64,000 nt of DNA from an uncultured virus (IMG/VR IMGVR_UViG_3300027751_000014) (lineage: Duplodnaviria > Heunggongvirae > Uroviricota > Caudoviricetes), in IMG/VR virus record IMGVR_UViG_3300027751_000014; one strand, given 5' to 3'. Position 1 is the stretch's first letter. Each line of letters opens with the position of its first letter. The translations under genes and the position numbers were made by a program. The notes under the pieces were generated by a model. It was not told where the DNA came from, ran no database searches, and was given only the letters and a program-made list of their open reading frames with translations. Shown here in pieces: positions 26,448 to 35,763 of this stretch.

Positions 26448-26599
26448 AGGCATTGGTTGAACTGGTTTTCGGTATTCTGTGGGTTGTAGGAATCGTTCTC
26501 GCCCACGGCTTTTGGTCAACGTTTTTCGCAATCTTCTTCCCACTGTGGGCATGGTATTTGACTATTGAACACGGGTTGCACATGATAGGTTGGTTGTGA
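26444..26599 (+). CDS. Small membrane protein
   Basis: Hydrophobic; coupled ATGA start. Confidence 0.6.
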   Translation: MKALVELVFGILWVVGIVLAHGFWSTFFAIFFPLWAWYLTIEHGLHMIGWL

Positions 26600-26904
26600 T
26601 GCACGAAACCGAGCGCGACATTGCTGAGTTTATACTAACGCTAGGAATAGGATTCAAACAAGACAAATTGTATTCGATTGCTGGATCTTCTACCAGTTGT
26701 GTTGGCTTCTCACATTCGCGCGTAGTCGCCGCAGAACTGATGTGTAGAGTAGATAATATAGTTTGCACAAGATTAAATTCTGGCAATTGGCAAGTAGTAG
26801 TAAATAACCACTATTCGGCGGAGCATCGGTCACAACCTCACGCTATTATTATGGCGTGTGTTGCACAGGAGCGACACAACCTCTTGAATTCTAATGGAAT
26901 TTAG
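26599..26904 (+). CDS. Hypothetical protein
   Basis: Coupled ORF. Confidence 0.5.
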   Translation: MHETERDIAEFILTLGIGFKQDKLYSIAGSSTSCVGFSHSRVVAAELMCRVDNIVCTRLNSGNWQVVVNNHYSAEHRSQPHAIIMACVAQERHNLLNSNGI

Positions 26905-26964
26905 TGCTTGACATTTGGGTCATCTTATCGTATAATAGTGGTATAAGTAAGCAAAGGTACACAC

Positions 26965-28272
26965 ATGAAAGACGTTGCGAACATCCTACGTGAGTTGAAA
27001 GCTGAATCTGGCGGCAACGCTAAGATCGACATTTTGCGCACCAACAAAGACAACGAACTTTTACAGTCCGTGTTTGTTGCTACCCTCGACCCGTACACCC
27101 AGTATTACCTGCGTAAAATCCCCGCATACAAAAACGTGTCTACAAAGTACACGCTGGAAGATGCACTGAAGGGATTGGAGAAACTGTCCAGCCGCGAAGT
27201 GACTGGTCACGCTGGTATTGCCCACCTCACCGATCTGCTCGAAAACCTCTCTGAGGACGATGCGTTTGTATTGGAGCGGGTCGTGAAGAAGAATTTGGAT
27301 TGTGGCGTACAGACCTCCACCGTAAACAAGGTGTGGAAGAACCTGATCGCTACCTACCCCTGCTTGCTTGCTAAAGGCAGCAACGACAAAAACCTGGCCT
27401 ACATCACCTTCCCCGCATACACGCAGAAGAAGGCTGATGGTATGCGAGTGAACGTATTTTATGAGAAGGGCAAGGTGTCCTTCCGCGGTCGCAGCGGTAA
27501 GACGATTGATTTGCTGGGCTACTTGGAGGATGATTTTGTTGCGCTGGGCAAGACATATGGCAAAGACATGGTGTTTGACGGCGAGCTGGTCTTGGTGAAG
27601 GACGGCAAGGTGCTTGTGCGCAGGATTGGCAACGGCATCCTCAACAAAGCGATCAAGGGCACCATCTCCGCAAAGGAAGCCGCAATGGTTCGCGCTGACC
27701 TTTGGGACGCTATTCCCCTCGCTGAATTCCGCAAAGGCAAGAGCAAGGAGACCTACAAGGATCGTTTTGAAACCTTTGTAGCGAACGTTGCCAAAGCCCC
27801 GCGTGATGGCTACATCGTCATTGAGACACGCACGGTAAATAACCTCGACGAGGCACAGGTCCATTTTGAGGAAATGCTTGCTGAAGGCGAGGAAGGCATT
27901 ATTTTGAAGAACATGACTGGCAAGTGGGAAAACAAACGCAGCAAGGACTTGGTCAAGATGAAGGCTGAGAAAGATGCGGATCTTGTGGTCGTGGATTGGC
28001 AGGAAGGCACTGGCAAGTTTGCCGGCATGATGGGCGCGTTGGTCTGTCAGACAAGCGATGGCAAAGTTGAAGTAAACATTGGCAGCGGCTACAGTGACGA
28101 ACAGCGTAAAGAATTTACAAAGGAAGCGATGATGGGTCGCATTGTTACGGTGCTGTATAACGAACGGATTGCGAGCAAAGCCCGCACAGACGTTGACAGT
28201 TTGTTCCTCCCGCGTTTTATTGAACTCCGCGAGGACAAGGACGAAGCTAATTCTGAGAAAGAGGTGAAGTGA
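26965..28272 (+). CDS. ATP-dependent DNA ligase (T4 gp30-like)
   Basis: KADGMR, FDGEL, EGIILK, LFLPRF; promoter 26908-26936. Confidence 0.95.
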   Translation: MKDVANILRELKAESGGNAKIDILRTNKDNELLQSVFVATLDPYTQYYLRKIPAYKNVSTKYTLEDALKGLEKLSSREVTGHAGIAHLTDLLENLSEDDAFVLERVVKKNLDCGVQTSTVNKVWKNLIATYPCLLAKGSNDKNLAYITFPAYTQKKADGMRVNVFYEKGKVSFRGRSGKTIDLLGYLEDDFVALGKTYGKDMVFDGELVLVKDGKVLVRRIGNGILNKAIKGTISAKEAAMVRADLWDAIPLAEFRKGKSKETYKDRFETFVANVAKAPRDGYIVIETRTVNNLDEAQVHFEEMLAEGEEGIILKNMTGKWENKRSKDLVKMKAEKDADLVVVDWQEGTGKFAGMMGALVCQTSDGKVEVNIGSGYSDEQRKEFTKEAMMGRIVTVLYNERIASKARTDVDSLFLPRFIELREDKDEANSEKEVK

Positions 28273-28520
28273 TGACTTTCAAAAAATGGTGGAAAACCCC
28301 GGCCCGTTTTGTGCGTTTGCGCAGGAACATGAACGATGCTATTGATCGGGCACTTGATGCGAAAAGGGCGTTTGAGCATTGGTCATTGTGTTCAGCTACA
28401 GAAACAGATAAGGATCGGTCCGATGGATATTTTGCAAGGGCCCAGTATTATCTTAAAACATATAGGGTGCAGAGAAGCCGCGCATTCCAGGCAGATAAAT
28501 TTTTGAGGAACCATCGGTGA
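28272..28520 (+). CDS. Hypothetical protein
   Basis: Coupled to ligase. Confidence 0.55.
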   Translation: MTFKKWWKTPARFVRLRRNMNDAIDRALDAKRAFEHWSLCSATETDKDRSDGYFARAQYYLKTYRVQRSRAFQADKFLRNHR

Positions 28521-28708
28521 AGGCACGAGATTTTTGGACAAAGGTAGGACAAGTTGTTGATGTATTACTTTTGATGTTGATACTGTTTGCAATTTTTGGA
28601 ATAGGACATTACACAGGCTATAAGGAAGGATTGCAAGTTGCCACATGCATTGCAATGCCTATTCCACAAACCTGCGAGGAACGATAACGATTTTACTATA
28701 GGACGACA

Positions 28709-28960
28709 ATGAAAATTTGGGAAACAATAAAAAAAGCAGCGCGCACACATCCATATGTAGACATGGCACTAATTATGCTTGGTGTTTTTGCGTCATTGTA
28801 TTTTGTGTATAACATTGCATACAAAGAAGGATACAAAGCTGGTCAAGGTGAGACAATGTTTGTTGTAACGTGCGTACTTGGAATTCCAGAGCCAGAAGAC
28901 GAGGCACGATGTAAAGAATGGTTATTGGAACGAGATGCAAAGGCTAATGAGACAGAATGA
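28709..28960 (+). CDS. Hypothetical membrane protein
   Basis: TM segment. Confidence 0.55.
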   Translation: MKIWETIKKAARTHPYVDMALIMLGVFASLYFVYNIAYKEGYKAGQGETMFVVTCVLGIPEPEDEARCKEWLLERDAKANETE

Positions 28961-29393
28961 TTTAGAGAACGAAGCGGGAGTTGCAAAAGCGGTTGCACGT
29001 ATTGCCCACAAAGGGCAAAAATACGGCAAGCCTGTGCCAACCCTCGATTACTTTGAAGCCCATGTGCAAAAGGTCGCGCAACGTGTCGAAGACGCGGGGC
29101 TATCCATCGAGCATATTGCGGTTGCGTATTTGCACGACACAGTGGAGGACACGCCACTGACACTTGACGACTTACGCAAGATGGGTTTTAGTGATGCTGT
29201 AATTGCAGGCGTGGACGGCATGACCCGCAGAGAAGGCGAAACATACCGCGTGTTTATACAACGCGCCCGCGCCAATCCTCTGTCGAACCAAGTCAAGTTC
29301 CACGACATATCCGCGAACCTTGCCGCATGTGCAGGGCCCGAGACTGACGGATTGAAAAAACGCTACATAAAAGCATTACAGGAATGGGATTGA
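28947..29393 (+). CDS. HD-domain (p)ppGpp hydrolase-like (RelA/SpoT small alarmone hydrolase)
   Basis: AHKGQ..Y..H, AYLHDTVEDT, VKFHDISAN. Confidence 0.8.
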   Translation: MRQNDLENEAGVAKAVARIAHKGQKYGKPVPTLDYFEAHVQKVAQRVEDAGLSIEHIAVAYLHDTVEDTPLTLDDLRKMGFSDAVIAGVDGMTRREGETYRVFIQRARANPLSNQVKFHDISANLAACAGPETDGLKKRYIKALQEWD

Positions 29394-29525
29394 AAAACCA
29401 AAACGACAAATGGGTTTGGTTCGCACTGATTGTGGTTGCGTTTTTAGTAACGAGCAACTGGTATTTGAAACGTGTATTTGGCGATACAGCTGGATGCCCT
29501 ACAACTGAGATAGTGGAGCAAGACA

Positions 29526-29762
29526 ATGAGTAGAGTGGTACACGATGCATTTTGTGATGTAACAAATATCAAAAATGGTACAACAGTTACCGCAGACGTA
29601 ACAGATTTTGAACCAGAGCAGTATGTTGCTGTGTCTATAAAAGGCGCAGTACAGGTACGTATGCAGTGGCAAGCTAATGTGGGAAAATACATTGGTAAAG
29701 CGGTAGGCATGGAGTTTGAAACAGACGGACCAAAATTTCACAATGTCAGATTCAACCGATAA
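29526..29762 (+). CDS. Hypothetical protein
   Basis: SD GGAG. Confidence 0.65.
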   Translation: MSRVVHDAFCDVTNIKNGTTVTADVTDFEPEQYVAVSIKGAVQVRMQWQANVGKYIGKAVGMEFETDGPKFHNVRFNR

Positions 29763-30009
29763 ACCTACTTATATAATGCTAACGGATGCCAATGATATTA
29801 GATTATGCGCCGGCGTAGGTATGCATCCGTTTGGTCGATTGGTGGTATCCGAAGTCGGCAAAGAAAATTATTATATGTTGACAACAAAAATAGAATCGAA
29901 AGATAATCACCACCTTACAATGGGCTATCCGATAGAACTTGGGGTTGGTTATAGAGAAATGACTGACAAAGAAATGTTTATGGTGAAGTTGAAGGGACAA
30001 TTGGCGTGA
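29743..30009 (+). CDS. Hypothetical, YRExTDKE family paralog 1
   Basis: C-term YREMTDKEMFMVKLKGQL. Confidence 0.65.
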   Translation: MSDSTDKPTYIMLTDANDIRLCAGVGMHPFGRLVVSEVGKENYYMLTTKIESKDNHHLTMGYPIELGVGYREMTDKEMFMVKLKGQLA

Positions 30010-30233
30010 CTAGTTATGTAACACTTATGGGTGCAGAGCAAGCCAGTTGTATTAGAAACGGTGCATATCCAGTTGGCAAGCTTGAGAAGACTGATAGACA
30101 TGGGTGTATTATGCTTGCAAAAACTATTGTGCCAAGTCAATACCCTGTTACAATAGTATTATTAGGTAATAACTACCGAGAACTTACGGATAAAGAAGTA
30201 TTTTTGTTGCGATTAGAAGGACAACTGGATTGA
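30006..30233 (+). CDS. Hypothetical, paralog 2
   Basis: C-term YRELTDKEVFLLRLEGQL. Confidence 0.65.
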   Translation: MTSYVTLMGAEQASCIRNGAYPVGKLEKTDRHGCIMLAKTIVPSQYPVTIVLLGNNYRELTDKEVFLLRLEGQLD

Positions 30234-30502
30234 CTGAGAAACAATACATAGCAGTTATAGATTGGCAGCTGGTGGCACAATGTTGCCATAGAGAACTTTC
30301 ATGCTGTGGTGAGCTTGTTCATCGCGAACTTACTTTTTACGATGGACCTGACAAACCACCCATAGATACGTATTGGATGAAAACATGTGGCAGCAAAGAT
30401 AAAACAAAAATAAGTCATATTCAATTACCTTATAAAGATGGATACCGTTTTTTGAGTGACAAGGAAGTGTTTTTGTTGCGATTGGAAGGACAACTAGTAT
30501 AA
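30230..30502 (+). CDS. Hypothetical, paralog 3
   Basis: C-term YRFLSDKEVFLLRLEGQL. Confidence 0.65.
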   Translation: MTEKQYIAVIDWQLVAQCCHRELSCCGELVHRELTFYDGPDKPPIDTYWMKTCGSKDKTKISHIQLPYKDGYRFLSDKEVFLLRLEGQLV

Positions 30503-30694
30503 TGTTGGTAAATACAGTATGGATATAAAATACGGATTACGATTGCTAGGTCCAACAACAAAGAAATGGAACTGGCATAAAAACGCCGACGGAACAATTC
30601 GGGAATATACAAAAGAACGCGCTGAATATTTTGTTACAGAATATTGGGATAAGAAGATAGCCAAGGTACAAAAGATTACAGCAAAGAGTAAATA

Positions 30695-31171
30695 ATGAAA
30701 ACTAAAGACATAGAAAAGATTTACAGCATTGAGGTCATAGACGAAACCTATGAGAGTAATCTCGGTGGCCAAGATTCAGATGACGAATGGTCTCGGGATA
30801 GCTACTCTACATCGCATTCTATCCAAGGATTCAAGGTTGTTCCAGGGACGAAATACAGCGATATTCCTTTGGATTACGAACCAGCGTACGGAGAGTTGTA
30901 TTATCTCTTATACGCGGTATATTCCACGGGTGATAGTTTTGGTCATGATCCTGGCAACAGCATCGAATTTATTTGGTTGTATAATAAAGATCAGGTGCAT
31001 ATAGCTCAAGAAAACTTGCACAGAATAGAAAAATCCCAGAGAGCTGAGAACGGACAGGTTAGCTTGCTCGGTCCAGATGGAAAAACAGAATATAAGATTT
31101 ATGCTCCATGGCATGGATATTTTGAGTCCCTGGACTTCGTAGAGATAGAAGCTATACAAAGAATGCCTTGA
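30695..31171 (+). CDS. Conserved phage hypothetical protein
   Basis: YSTGDSFG...PWHGYFE. Confidence 0.75.
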   Translation: MKTKDIEKIYSIEVIDETYESNLGGQDSDDEWSRDSYSTSHSIQGFKVVPGTKYSDIPLDYEPAYGELYYLLYAVYSTGDSFGHDPGNSIEFIWLYNKDQVHIAQENLHRIEKSQRAENGQVSLLGPDGKTEYKIYAPWHGYFESLDFVEIEAIQRMP

Positions 31172-31210
31172 CATTTGTCTTATAAGGCTGTATAATAAGG
31201 GTATAGAGAA

Positions 31211-31405
31211 CGCTTTGAAGTGGGGCGGCGTGGGAAGTAGCAAATAGATCGAAAGACGCTATGGGCTGCAACGGACGACACGCACACCTCTTGCAGGATG
31301 GTGATAGTTCAGAACCAGCAACCTTTTATGTAGGGAGCAAGCAGTCTGCAAACTGTGGTTTTTAGGATTGCGTTGGATTGGCGACCAACCCCCACTTTCA
31401 AAGCG
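31211..31405 (+). ncRNA. Unknown ~195-nt structured RNA
   Basis: Promoter 31168-31196; closing stem CGCTTTGAAGTGGGG/CCCCACTTTCAAAGCG. Confidence 0.6.
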
Positions 31406-31409
31406 GTTT

Positions 31410-31846
31410 CGTGCTGCTGGATTGCAATAATATCCACGAAGGCCCAAAAGGCCAAAGTCCTCGACCTTTTAGTAGGTGACGGGGCAATGGTTTAATGAGT
31501 GATATGAAGTAGTAAGGTAAGTATTTTGGACGGGGGTTCGATTCCCCCCAGCTCCACCAAAAACGACCTGATAGCTTGTGTTTGTGGTCAGCCTTAGCGG
31601 GCAGAAGTGAGGCACAAGTGACTAGCTGGTGAAATTAGCCCGGTATGCGGTACAGGCCGTTTTTGATGGGGTTGACAGGTTTCGACAGGATATGGATATT
31701 ACTACAGACACTTCGTTTGGCAACGTAATTGCTACATAAAACAATCGACAATGATCGTTTTGTAATTGTAGGCGCTGTTCCGGCAGCTCTAGCAGCCTAA
31801 AAACCTGCCCTACCGAGCTTTAGTCAGGCTTGTTACCAAAGTGATA
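31410..31846 (+). ncRNA. ssrA: tmRNA, circularly permuted (two-piece); outer ends approximate
   Basis: Acceptor piece ends GGGGGTTCGATTCCCCC-CAGCTCC-ACCA (31559) upstream of coding piece starting GGGGTTG..TTCGAC (31668); G3-U70; tag DNDRFVIVGAVPAALAA* 31747-31800. Confidence 0.9.
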
Positions 31847-31847
31847 G

Positions 31848-31870
31848 AGAAAGGGCTTCGGCCCTTTCTT
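31848..31870 (+). terminator. Intrinsic terminator after tmRNA
   Basis: AGAAAGGGC-TTCG-GCCCTTTCT. Confidence 0.8.
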
Positions 31871-31970
31871 GCTATTCAGTAACCCTTTGATATATAAGAT
31901 GATTTTTATCTTGACTTTTGATGCTAAATATTATATAATACTGGTATAGAATAGGTAAAGGAGCAACAAG

Positions 31971-32393
31971 ATGAAAAAGGCATTCTCACGTAATTTTCAT
32001 TATGTATACGAGAATTATGATGGTGGACGGGAAACAACCATCACTGTAAGAGATGGTGTAATTACTGGTATTAGAACTGAAGAACGGCTTGGAGGCGGAT
32101 ATATTTTCTTGCGCTCCTCAGCAGAATCAATGGACAGCGCAATAAATGAATTGCTGGACATTGTGCAAGACAGCAAGACTCCGATCAAGGAATGCGCCTT
32201 CACCCAAGACCTATTGACAGCACTGGATGGGGATGCGTATATCATCCATCGCCTGCCTGTCTACCTCGAAAAGAGGATGGCAAGATTGCGTAAAGAAGCA
32301 GACCTCAGGATCAAGGATTTGCGTGAGGAACTGGAAGAAGCGTTGAAGTACCGCTATGTTGATCTCTCTTACAAATACCATGATATGGCATAA
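31971..32393 (+). CDS. Hypothetical early protein
   Basis: Promoter 31911-31939, SD AAGGAG. Confidence 0.7.
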   Translation: MKKAFSRNFHYVYENYDGGRETTITVRDGVITGIRTEERLGGGYIFLRSSAESMDSAINELLDIVQDSKTPIKECAFTQDLLTALDGDAYIIHRLPVYLEKRMARLRKEADLRIKDLREELEEALKYRYVDLSYKYHDMA

Positions 32394-32571
32394 GCTGAAA
32401 TTTGAGAAAACCGAAATAGGGGCTCTCATCTTGACTGCGGCAGCAGTTGTCGCAAGCATTGTTTTTGGTCTTTGGTTAGATAACGCAGTTAGTGGCTATT
32501 GGGCTGCTGGTGCTACAGTGATACTGATACTAGTTTTTGAGTGGGTATCATCGTCTACAGACAAGGAATGA
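32380..32571 (+). CDS. Small membrane protein
   Basis: Two hydrophobic segments. Confidence 0.5.
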   Translation: MIWHKLKFEKTEIGALILTAAAVVASIVFGLWLDNAVSGYWAAGATVILILVFEWVSSSTDKE

Positions 32572-32847
32572 ATGACATTATTTCAAAAGATTATCCACAT
32601 TTTATTAGGGTTGTGTTTTAGCTATTTGGTAGCCGCCCTCGTTTTATATTCCGAAGGACTTATAGGGTTGGATTATTTGTTGACGGGTCTTGTATTGTTT
32701 TTATTATTATTTTTATGTACGGTTGGTTGAGATGCATATTTGTCCTGTAGAAATTACCGCTATCTTACTTGCGTTTGAGCAGGTAGCCCTTTCGTACCAT
32801 TATCTTTTATCTAAGTATGCAAAATTGAAAGATAGGATAAATAAAAC

Positions 32848-33030
32848 ATGAAGCACTATATATTCAAACACCGTTATATGTCAGCGGTCACCCTCGACAT
32901 TTTCGCAGAAGATAACAACGAAGCTTGGGCAGCGGTCACGGAAATTACCAAAAGCCGTGAGAATTGGGTGCTCCAAACCACGTTTTCTGATGCAGATGCC
33001 CCAAATTTCCTCAGGAAACAAGCATTTTAA
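32848..33030 (+). CDS. Hypothetical protein
   Basis: SD AGGA. Confidence 0.55.
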   Translation: MKHYIFKHRYMSAVTLDIFAEDNNEAWAAVTEITKSRENWVLQTTFSDADAPNFLRKQAF

Positions 33031-33156
33031 GTCCTTGATTCTATAGGACTTTCCAAAATAATTATAAGTCATTGATTTTGTTGAATATTTATATTTGACT
33101 TTTTGTTCATCTTTTAGTATAATGTAGATACTGAGATAACAAATACGGAGCTTGAA

Positions 33157-33459
33157 ATGACTGCACTGATTTACGAAGTTTCTAACGGTAAAGTGGTCAA
33201 AGGTGGTTACAAGAGCGAAGCGATTGCGCAGGGCGTATTGAACCGCGCGATCAAGCGTGGCCGCGGCAAGTTTGGTTTTTACACGTATGGCAAGGATCGC
33301 TTGGCGGACATGGCTGTTTGCACACATGAGCATTTTGCTAAGGAAGTCGATTACGAAGTCACCGTCAAGAACATGATGAGCGGCCGAGACGTGACAATGA
33401 AGCGGTCGGAAGTTGGTGGTCCTTGCGACCCGTCGACCGAACGTTATTGGTCGATGTAG
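33157..33459 (+). CDS. Conserved phage early protein
   Basis: Promoter 33095-33123; C-term CDPSTERYWSM. Confidence 0.75.
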   Translation: MTALIYEVSNGKVVKGGYKSEAIAQGVLNRAIKRGRGKFGFYTYGKDRLADMAVCTHEHFAKEVDYEVTVKNMMSGRDVTMKRSEVGGPCDPSTERYWSM

Positions 33460-33493
33460 TCCTATTTTTCAAACACAGACAAAGGTAACACAG

Positions 33494-33877
33494 ATGTTTA
33501 ATAAGGTAAATTTGAAGACGATCCGCGCTGACCTGAACGCAGCCCTCAAAGCAGTTGAACAGAAGCACGGTCTTACGATCCAGCTTGGCAACATCCGCTA
33601 TTCTGAGGATGACTTCCGTATGCAGGTCAAGGCCTTCGCTACTGGCAAGGGCAACGTCGCTGATCCAAAGGAAGCGGCACGAATCGAATTTGAGAAGTAC
33701 GCCCACCGCTTTGGTCTGATAGAGTCCGATTTTGGTAAGAAGTTTACCGTCGGAACGATCACTTACACCATTTGCGGAATCAAGCCCCGCGCCAAAAGGT
33801 ACCCGGTAATTGCTGAGACAGCTAAGGGCACCCGTTACAAGTTTGCGGCTTCCCGTGTTGTTGGTCGCACTGTATGA
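33494..33877 (+). CDS. Hypothetical early protein
   Basis: MFNKVNLK; SD AAGG. Confidence 0.7.
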   Translation: MFNKVNLKTIRADLNAALKAVEQKHGLTIQLGNIRYSEDDFRMQVKAFATGKGNVADPKEAARIEFEKYAHRFGLIESDFGKKFTVGTITYTICGIKPRAKRYPVIAETAKGTRYKFAASRVVGRTV

Positions 33878-34158
33878 GCATTGCGACTACAATCCGCGAT
33901 CAGATTGGACGCCCTGCATTGTTTATGTTAGGAGCAAAGAATCTCATGGCGCACGAATCGTCCCTTAGCTTCCGCATCCGCGGAAGCAGCAAGGTGAACT
34001 ATGTGAAGGTCACGCTGAATGGCAACGACTTATATGACATGGAGTTCGGCAAGGTGTGGGGACACAATTACACGATCAAAGCGGAAGCTAAGGATGTGTA
34101 TGCGGATCAACTGCATGACTTGATTGAAACAAACACTGGTTTGTATACAAGGCTGTGA
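33874..34158 (+). CDS. Conserved phage hypothetical protein
   Basis: TIRDQIG..DLYDMEF..TGLYTRL. Confidence 0.75.
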   Translation: MSIATTIRDQIGRPALFMLGAKNLMAHESSLSFRIRGSSKVNYVKVTLNGNDLYDMEFGKVWGHNYTIKAEAKDVYADQLHDLIETNTGLYTRL

Positions 34159-34159
34159 G

Positions 34160-34360
34160 ATGAAGGCATTTACAGATTACCCGTTTACTGCACTTGGCGA
34201 TATTTCAGGAAAGAAAGCTCCTGTTAGAGAGTGCAAAGTTCTGTCCTATGACGGAGACAAATACTGCACGGTCAAGGTAGCGGGCTTGGTACAAGAAGTA
34301 AAGGCTTGTTACGTTTATAAGAAGCGCGGCAGGTTCGGCAAAGTGGAGAGTGTAGTATGA
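34160..34360 (+). CDS. Hypothetical protein
   Basis: AFTDYPF..YDGDKYC. Confidence 0.65.
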   Translation: MKAFTDYPFTALGDISGKKAPVRECKVLSYDGDKYCTVKVAGLVQEVKACYVYKKRGRFGKVESVV

Positions 34361-34788
34361 CATTTATTGAGACACCCCTCGCAAAACCTTTGTTTGCTGT
34401 GCCGCAAGTTGGAACAGTGATTACAGTCGTAACACGCTACAGGGACGCTTATATCCACAGCGAGACTGGCTGGAAAGATAACGTGTACAAAAACGTTACG
34501 GTCGTCAAGCCCGATCCGTGGACAAAGCCTGACAGTTTTTGCATTCCTGCTGAGGATCACCCGTACCTAACCAAGCGCACCCTGTCCCTTGACAACGTGG
34601 TCGATCTGACTACACACGGGAAGAAAGGCAAAGCCCACACAGATTCAAAGACAGAATTTGTTGAGATTGCAGGAAGCAAAGGCAACACATATACAGTGAC
34701 AGTGGTCAGCGGTTTTGGCAAGAGCTGCACTTGCCCTGGTTTTACATACAGGAAGCAGTGTAAGCACCTAGCAATGGCATCAAAATGA
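34357..34788 (+). CDS. SWIM zinc-finger protein
   Basis: GSKGNTYTV..CTCPGF..CKHL. Confidence 0.85.
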   Translation: MTFIETPLAKPLFAVPQVGTVITVVTRYRDAYIHSETGWKDNVYKNVTVVKPDPWTKPDSFCIPAEDHPYLTKRTLSLDNVVDLTTHGKKGKAHTDSKTEFVEIAGSKGNTYTVTVVSGFGKSCTCPGFTYRKQCKHLAMASK

Positions 34789-34978
34789 TTCGCTTTTTCT
34801 ATCTCTTATTTTGTTGGGCGTTGTTTTTGTTTGTAGTGCTACCCTTAGCCTGCCTAGCAATTCCGCCCTTCGGTATTTTGGTATGGTTCATTGGCAACTC
34901 CCTCGGAATCCCGTTTTTCCAGGTAGGTTGATTCATCTTATAGTTGACAGAAGGTAATAAAGGTTGTATAATAGAGGC

Positions 34979-35260
34979 ATGTCTAGTAAAGCTTCTTCGG
35001 TAATTGAGACGGGTATCTTTGCGCGAGATGCAAAGGACTTCGCTGTGTTTTTACATGAAGCAGGTTATAAGAAATTTGCGCTATCCATAGCAGGTGAGTT
35101 TTTGCATCTATATTTTATAGATCCTAAGGAAGAACTGTATTACAATTTACAAGACATAGAGAGTGCATATAAGAAAGCACACAGCAACGTCTATTACTAT
35201 GATTTGGATGACAACATTGACAATGATATCCAAGATATTTTTGGTGAGGACGACTTCTAA
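34979..35260 (+). CDS. Hypothetical protein
   Basis: Promoter 34944-34972; near-leaderless. Confidence 0.6.
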   Translation: MSSKASSVIETGIFARDAKDFAVFLHEAGYKKFALSIAGEFLHLYFIDPKEELYYNLQDIESAYKKAHSNVYYYDLDDNIDNDIQDIFGEDDF

Positions 35261-35278
35261 CATAACACAGGGGACAAA

Positions 35279-35758
35279 ATGATAAAACACGAACCGTTAG
35301 AAGCGGGAAACAAACATAATAAACCCAAGATGATTGTAGTTCACTCTATGGGTGAATTCATTACTGATCCATATCCAATACATGCCCAAGATTTTTTAGC
35401 CAAGCTGGGACTTTCGGCCCACGCATTAATCTGCCCAAACGGAGATGTGATAGTTTGTCGTTGTGACGATGAAGGTGCGTACCACGCTCGAGGATACAAC
35501 ACCGATTCCTTGGGTGTTGAATTTTTAGTGCAAGGTAATCACGATTACACATCATTCATTGAGACAATAAAGACAGATTACGTCACAGCAGCACAATGGG
35601 ATGCGGGTGTCGAAGTAGTCAAGAATTGGGCGACCGCATGGAATATTCCAAAGGAAAAGGTTGTCCGACATTGCGATATTTCTCCAGGTAGGAAGGTTGA
35701 TCCAGGAACAGGATTCAAGTGGACCGAGTTCCAAAATAAGATTTTTGAAGGAAAATAA
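35279..35758 (+). CDS. N-acetylmuramoyl-L-alanine amidase (Amidase_2/AmpD-like)
   Basis: IVVHS, SAH, AYHA, SLGVE, HCDISPGRKVDPG. Confidence 0.9.
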   Translation: MIKHEPLEAGNKHNKPKMIVVHSMGEFITDPYPIHAQDFLAKLGLSAHALICPNGDVIVCRCDDEGAYHARGYNTDSLGVEFLVQGNHDYTSFIETIKTDYVTAAQWDAGVEVVKNWATAWNIPKEKVVRHCDISPGRKVDPGTGFKWTEFQNKIFEGK

Positions 35759-35763
35759 TAATA

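Noticed and set aside
27061..27864. 267-aa antisense ORF (also 54484-55284)
   Set aside because: Antisense shadows of ligase and rIIA
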